64,000 nucleotides of DNA from an uncultured Actinomycetes bacterium (lineage in GTDB: Bacteria > Actinomycetota > UBA4738 > JBBDTT01), in assembly GCA_963742735.1 (NCBI GenBank), contig CAVUMN010000004.1, positions 288,001 through 352,000 on the forward strand, given 5' to 3'. The notes beneath the pieces are model-generated. The model had not been told where the DNA came from. It saw nothing but the letters and a program-made list of their open reading frames with translations, and did not search any database. The translations under genes and the position numbers were made by a program. Position 1 is the first letter of the stretch, and each line of letters starts with the position of its first letter. Below are positions 59,632-64,000 of this stretch, piece after piece.

Positions 59632-60798
59632 CTAGCGTTCCCGGGCCGGCGCGTTCGATTCGCCGCGGATGAGCCGTTTCAGCAGCGGCGGCGCCAGGAG
59701 CGTGGTGATCAGCGACATCCCGATCACCGCCCCGTACAGGCGGTTGCCGACCACCCCCAGGGACAGTCCGAGGGACGCGACCAGGATCCCCACCTCGCCC
59801 CGCGGCATCATCCCGACGCCCACCAGCAGCGCCGGACGCCGGCCCATGGAGCGGGCTCCCACCAGGCCGCCCCCCACCTTGCCGGCGATGGCCACCAGGG
59901 TGATGAGCACCGTCACCAGCAGCACGGCGGGCTCGGTGAACACCGCCACGTCCAGCCGGGCGCCCGTCAACACGAAGAAAAACGGCGTCAACAGATCGGC
60001 CACCGGCCGCATCTCCCGCACGAGCTTGTACTGCTCGCGCGTCTCGGCCAGGACGATCCCGGCCAGGAAGGCGCCCACGAGCGCCGCCAGGCCGATCGCC
60101 TCGGCGAGGGCCGAGAGGCCCAGGCACAGCGCCAGCGCCAGCAGGAACGGCGATCGCTCGCTGGAGGGGCGCTCGAGCCACCCGCCGTACCGGCGCACCA
60201 CGGCCGGCCCGACGAACGCGAGCAGGGCCACGAACCCGACGGCCTCTCCCACGACCACCGCGACGCGCCCGACCGAGAGGGCCCCCGCGCCTAGGCCGGC
60301 CACCACCGCGAGGATGGCCAGGCCCAGGACGTCGTCGAGCACGGCCGCCCCCAGGATGACGCGGGACTCCGGGCGCCGCAGCGCGCCGAGGTCGCCCAGG
60401 ACCCGCGCGGTGATCCCGACGCTCGTCGCGACCAGCGCCGCTCCGACGAACAGCGACTCGATCGGCTCGTAGCCGAGCAACCGCATGGTTCCCCACCCCG
60501 CCGCGAACGGGAGGACGATGCCGAGCAGGCCGACCGCGGTGGCCGGGCGGGCCACCGAACGGAACTCGAACAGGTCCGTCTCGAGGCCGACCGTGAACAG
60601 CAGCACGATCACGCCGATCTCGGCGAAAGCGCTCTGCGCCTCTCCCACGTGGATCCAGCCCAGCAGAGAGGGCCCCAGGAGGATCCCCGCGAGGAGCTCT
60701 CCCACGACCGCCGGCTGGCCGATCCGCTCGAAGACCTCGCCGACCAGCCGGGCGGCCGCGTACATCAGGAAGAGCTCGAGGATGATGTTCTCGTCCAC
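59632..60798 (-). CDS. Cation:proton antiporter (CPA2 family)
   Basis: PAVVGELLAGILLGP, LFTVGLE, ATSVGIT, AAVLDD, GAFLAG, PFFF, PRGEV. Confidence 0.9.
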   Translation of the reverse strand: MDENIILELFLMYAAARLVGEVFERIGQPAVVGELLAGILLGPSLLGWIHVGEAQSAFAEIGVIVLLFTVGLETDLFEFRSVARPATAVGLLGIVLPFAAGWGTMRLLGYEPIESLFVGAALVATSVGITARVLGDLGALRRPESRVILGAAVLDDVLGLAILAVVAGLGAGALSVGRVAVVVGEAVGFVALLAFVGPAVVRRYGGWLERPSSERSPFLLALALCLGLSALAEAIGLAALVGAFLAGIVLAETREQYKLVREMRPVADLLTPFFFVLTGARLDVAVFTEPAVLLVTVLITLVAIAGKVGGGLVGARSMGRRPALLVGVGMMPRGEVGILVASLGLSLGVVGNRLYGAVIGMSLITTLLAPPLLKRLIRGESNAPARER

Positions 60799-60810
60799 CT
60801 CGGCCTTTCG

Positions 60811-60875
60811 AAACACGAAAGCGCCGGGTGCCGACCAGGCTTCCCGGCGCTCCTTTGGGTGCTACCGATTGGTCC
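60811..60875 (-). promoter_or_regulatory. Candidate attenuator/riboswitch-like leader with intrinsic terminator upstream of the antiporter
   Basis: AGCGCCGGG-N14-CCCGGCGCU then UUCGUGUUU; competing hairpin GCCGGG-AAG-CCUGGU. Confidence 0.45.
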
Positions 60876-60888
60876 TTCGAACGAGAGC

Positions 60889-61323
60889 TTAGTCCGGGTC
60901 GCGGTCAGCCTTGATCGTGAACCGCACGGTCAAGCCGCGCTCGCCGGCAGGACGCATCTCCAGGTCCTCGACCAGGCCGCGCACGATGGGCAGGGACAGG
61001 CCGGTCTCGAAGGAGAACTCCTCCGAGGACGTAGACGACCCTTCGTCGTCGACGGCACCCTGGTCGAACGCCGCCCCCGCGTCGGTGACCTCGACGGTCA
61101 CGCCGCTCTCGTCGCTGGACACTACGACCCGGACCTCCTCGTCGGTGCCTTCGGCGACCTCGCGGGTGACCGCGTTGGTGAGGGCCTCGGAGATGGCGAG
61201 CTTCAAGTCCTCCACCGAGTCGGCGGGGATCTCGACGAGCCGGCCGAGCGCGCTGAGGACCTGCCGGATCGCGCCGACGAACTCCGCCCGCGGGGAAAGG
61301 GAGATCTCGACGGTGTCGGCCAT
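60889..61323 (-). CDS. Anti-sigma factor / Ser kinase, RsbW-like (HATPase)
   Basis: EDLKLAISEALTNAV, VTDAG, GLSLPIVRGLVE. Confidence 0.85.
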   Translation of the reverse strand: MADTVEISLSPRAEFVGAIRQVLSALGRLVEIPADSVEDLKLAISEALTNAVTREVAEGTDEEVRVVVSSDESGVTVEVTDAGAAFDQGAVDDEGSSTSSEEFSFETGLSLPIVRGLVEDLEMRPAGERGLTVRFTIKADRDPD

Positions 61324-61658
61324 CAGGCCGAGACCGCGGCGTCCACCGAGTCGTGGATGGGGAAGACCTTCGACAGCCCCGTGATCTCGAAGATCTTCAG
61401 GATCTTGTCCTGGGTGGCGACGATCTCCAGGGAGCCGTCCTGCGCCTTGACCCGCTTGAGGCCGCCGACCAGCACGCCGAGGCCGGTGGAGTCGAGGAAG
61501 TCGACCTTCGACATGTCCACCAGGATGTTCGTCTTGCCCGCTTCCACGAGGTCGATCAGCGCCTGGCGGAGTCGGGGGGCCGTGTACACGTCGATCTCGC
61601 CGCGGAGCGACACGACGCTCCAGCGGTCCTGCTCCTGGACATCGACTTCCAGATCCAT
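61323..61658 (-). CDS. STAS-domain anti-anti-sigma factor, BldG/RsbV-like
   Basis: [35 protein letters not shown]. Confidence 0.92.
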   Translation of the reverse strand: MDLEVDVQEQDRWSVVSLRGEIDVYTAPRLRQALIDLVEAGKTNILVDMSKVDFLDSTGLGVLVGGLKRVKAQDGSLEIVATQDKILKIFEITGLSKVFPIHDSVDAAVSA

Positions 61659-61743
61659 GGCCCCGTAGTGTATCCAGCCAGGACGTTTGCGAAACTCGGG
61701 GTCGGCTACTAGGGTCCGCCGCTCCATGGGTGGCTCCCCCCAG

Positions 61744-62409
61744 ATGTCTCGTCGAACCATGGCCGCGGTCGTCCTCGCACTGCTTGTGCTGGGCACGCTC
61801 ATTGCGGCCGGCGTGTCGCTGCTCGCCCGTGACACGGACGACCCCGATGGCCCGAACGCCGGCACCGACGAGCACCCCGTGGTCTTCGAGCTGGAGATCA
61901 CCCGCATCGGGCTCCGCTCGGTCGCGGCGAAGCTCTCCCGCAAGCAGGCCGAGCGCGCGGTGGAGGACATCCGCCTCCAGGTCGAGGACCTCCTTCTGGC
62001 CGGGTTCCTCGACCCCGAGCGCTGGAAGGACGGGGAGTTCCCGGACGCGTTCGGCAGCTTCGACGAGGCCGCCGCGGGCCGGGCTCGTGAGGACCTCAAC
62101 GCCCTCACCCTCGGCGCGGCCGCCGGCAAGATGGAGTGGGTCGAGCCGAAGATCGGACGCGCCTCGATCGTGTTCCTGCTCGACGAGGGGAACCGTCCGG
62201 TCACCGCCGTCGCAGGGGTCGTGTTCCGGGCGACGGGTCACTTGAAGGACGGCGGGACCGTCGCCATCGAGTCCGGCGCCGACCTGTTCCTGCGGCCGAT
62301 CGACGGGGTGTGGAAGGTGTTCTCGTACACCGCCTCGACGACGGTGGAGCCGCCCGAGGACGACACCTCGTCCTCGGCCTCGCCCGGGGCGTCGGGGGGC
62401 GGCGGATGA
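61744..62409 (+). CDS. Hypothetical membrane-anchored protein
   Basis: N-terminal TM helix; ATGA overlap with the LCP gene; start uncertain (61726 or 61744). Confidence 0.6.
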   Translation: MSRRTMAAVVLALLVLGTLIAAGVSLLARDTDDPDGPNAGTDEHPVVFELEITRIGLRSVAAKLSRKQAERAVEDIRLQVEDLLLAGFLDPERWKDGEFPDAFGSFDEAAAGRAREDLNALTLGAAAGKMEWVEPKIGRASIVFLLDEGNRPVTAVAGVVFRATGHLKDGGTVAIESGADLFLRPIDGVWKVFSYTASTTVEPPEDDTSSSASPGASGGGG

Positions 62410-63314
62410 GGCGCATCCTGGCCCTCTTCGCGCTCGCGATGGTCGTCTCGGTCACGGCGGGGATCGTCCTGCGCCCGGCGGACCGGCCGGCGGCGGCGCA
62501 GACCGGGACGACCGTCGTCGTCCAGCGCGCCAAGGCCTCCTACGCGCAGACCGCATCGGAGGCATCCGTGCTCACGATCCTGGCCATCGGGAGCGACTTC
62601 CGCCCCGGCGGCGACGCGTGCAACTGCGCCGACTCCCTCCACCTGATCACGGTCAACCCCCAGAAGCGCGCGGGGACCATCGTCGGGTTCCCCCGGGACT
62701 CCTACGTGGAGATCCCCGGATTCGGGGTCAACAAGATCAACACGGCCCTGTCCCTGGGCGGCCCGGAGCTGTTGGTCCGGAGCGTCGAACAGCTGACCTC
62801 GATCCCCATCGACTACTACCTGGTCACCGACTTCGAGGGCTTCTCCCGGATGGTGGACGGCATCGGGGGTCTGGAGGTCGTGGTGCCGTACGCCATGAGC
62901 GACCCGTACTCCGGCGCGTACTTCACCCCGGGGAGGCACCGCATGAAGGGCGGCCACGCCCTTTCGTTCGCGCGCAACCGCCACGGCGCCCCGGGGGGCG
63001 ACCTCGGGCGGTCCGAGAACCAGGGGCGGGTCCTGCTCGCCGCCCTCGAGCGGCTGCGCGAGGTCTTCGCGCACGACCCCGCCCAGCTGGTGAGCTGGAT
63101 CGCTCTGGGCGTGAAGCACATGCAGACGAACCTGTCCCTGGGAGAGCTGACCCGCCTCGCCCTGGCCGCGGCCCGCACCCGGCCGTCCTCGATCAAGAAC
63201 CTCGTGGTGCCGGCGACCATCGGCACGGCGGGGGCGGCGAGCGTCGTCTACATCACGCCGGCGGGCTTCGAGCTCTTCCGGGACTTGAAAAACGACGGCA
63301 TCCTCAACTCGTAG
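62406..63314 (+). CDS. LytR-CpsA-Psr (LCP) family cell-wall glycopolymer transferase
   Basis: ILAIGSD, ADSL, FPRDSYV, KIN, F..MVD.IGG, FARNRH, DLGR..NQ. Confidence 0.92.
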   Translation: MRRILALFALAMVVSVTAGIVLRPADRPAAAQTGTTVVVQRAKASYAQTASEASVLTILAIGSDFRPGGDACNCADSLHLITVNPQKRAGTIVGFPRDSYVEIPGFGVNKINTALSLGGPELLVRSVEQLTSIPIDYYLVTDFEGFSRMVDGIGGLEVVVPYAMSDPYSGAYFTPGRHRMKGGHALSFARNRHGAPGGDLGRSENQGRVLLAALERLREVFAHDPAQLVSWIALGVKHMQTNLSLGELTRLALAAARTRPSSIKNLVVPATIGTAGAASVVYITPAGFELFRDLKNDGILNS

Positions 63315-63326
63315 GGTGTCGCGAGC

Positions 63327-64000
63327 ATGAAACGGCTCCTGGGCCTCCTGGGCGTGCACCACCCACTCGAGGGTGGCCTGTTCGCGAAGATCTGGCCTTT
63401 CCCCGCCGTGATCAGCGCGACGCTCCTGATCGCGTGGGCCACCGAGGTCGCCGCGTTCTTCATGTCGCGGGGCCTGGCCCTCGCCATCCTGGCGTTCCTC
63501 CAGGTCTCACCCGAATTCGCGGTCGAGGCGGTTCTGGCCAAGGAGGCGGCGCTCGACGACGACAAGCTGCAGTTCGTGACGGCGAACTTCACCGGCGCGA
63601 ACCGGCTCCTGGTCGGCGCGGCGCTGCCCGTCATCTTCCTGATCGGCCGGCGGGTGCTGAGGCGGCAGGGACGGTGGCCCGGAGAGCTGAGGATCAACAC
63701 CCATCACGCCGTCGAGGTCGTCGCCCTCACCATCCCTTCCCTGTACTCGTTTGTCTGGGTCCTGCGCGGGGGGCTGGGGCTCTTCGACACGGTGGTCCTC
63801 GTCGCGATGTTCGTGGCCTACCTGTGGATGCTCTCCCGGATGCCTCCGGCCGAGGAGGAGGAGGTGGAGCTCCTCCGCGGCATCCCGAAGCGAGTGATGG
63901 ACACGGGCAACCGCTCGCTGCAGCGCAACTTCGCCATCGGCGCGTTCCTCATCGGCGGGCTGATCCTGTTCTTCTCCGCCGAGCCGTTCGTCCACGGGAT
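63327..64000 (+). CDS. Sodium/calcium exchanger (CaCA) family protein, 3'-truncated
   Basis: Open frame to the window end; multi-TM; alpha-repeat-like SPEFAV...ANFTGANRLL. Confidence 0.75.
   Translation, partial: MKRLLGLLGVHHPLEGGLFAKIWPFPAVISATLLIAWATEVAAFFMSRGLALAILAFLQVSPEFAVEAVLAKEAALDDDKLQFVTANFTGANRLLVGAALPVIFLIGRRVLRRQGRWPGELRINTHHAVEVVALTIPSLYSFVWVLRGGLGLFDTVVLVAMFVAYLWMLSRMPPAEEEEVELLRGIPKRVMDTGNRSLQRNFAIGAFLIGGLILFFSAEPFVHG

Overview
High-GC actinobacterial chromosome segment, probably from a deep-branching, uncultured lineage (inferred from the zinc-ribbon TopA). It follows the conserved actinobacterial backbone on the minus strand: folK-folB-folP ... folE-ftsH ... hpt-tilS ... 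tRNA-Thr(CGT) ... holB-MFS/tmk-topA ... hppA ... rsbW/bldG-like pair. The backbone is interrupted by accessory blocks. (1) A ~16 kb block separates folP from folE. It carries five ECF sigma/membrane anti-sigma pairs whose extracellular parts look built from shuffled, shared modules, most preceded by a likely leaderless AAC-N17/18-GT(T/C) promoter. It also carries an operon of class III cyclase-AAA-LuxR regulator, [3Fe-4S] ferredoxin and a thioredoxin-fold protein read through an in-frame UGA with a SECIS-like hairpin (putative selenoprotein). (2) arsR-arsC, an ABC system with extra lipoproteins, and a two-component pair. (3) An ion-homeostasis cluster: two KimA-like permeases, a KdpD/E-like pair, two trkA, an H+-PPase, a CPA2 antiporter with a candidate attenuator leader, and a CaCA exchanger. 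Many frameshifts at ~38-43 kb and ~50.7-56.3 kb, including in holB and tmk, look like assembly indels. No CRISPR array, integrase or transposase was seen. All calls come from reading the sequence by eye; no searches were run.
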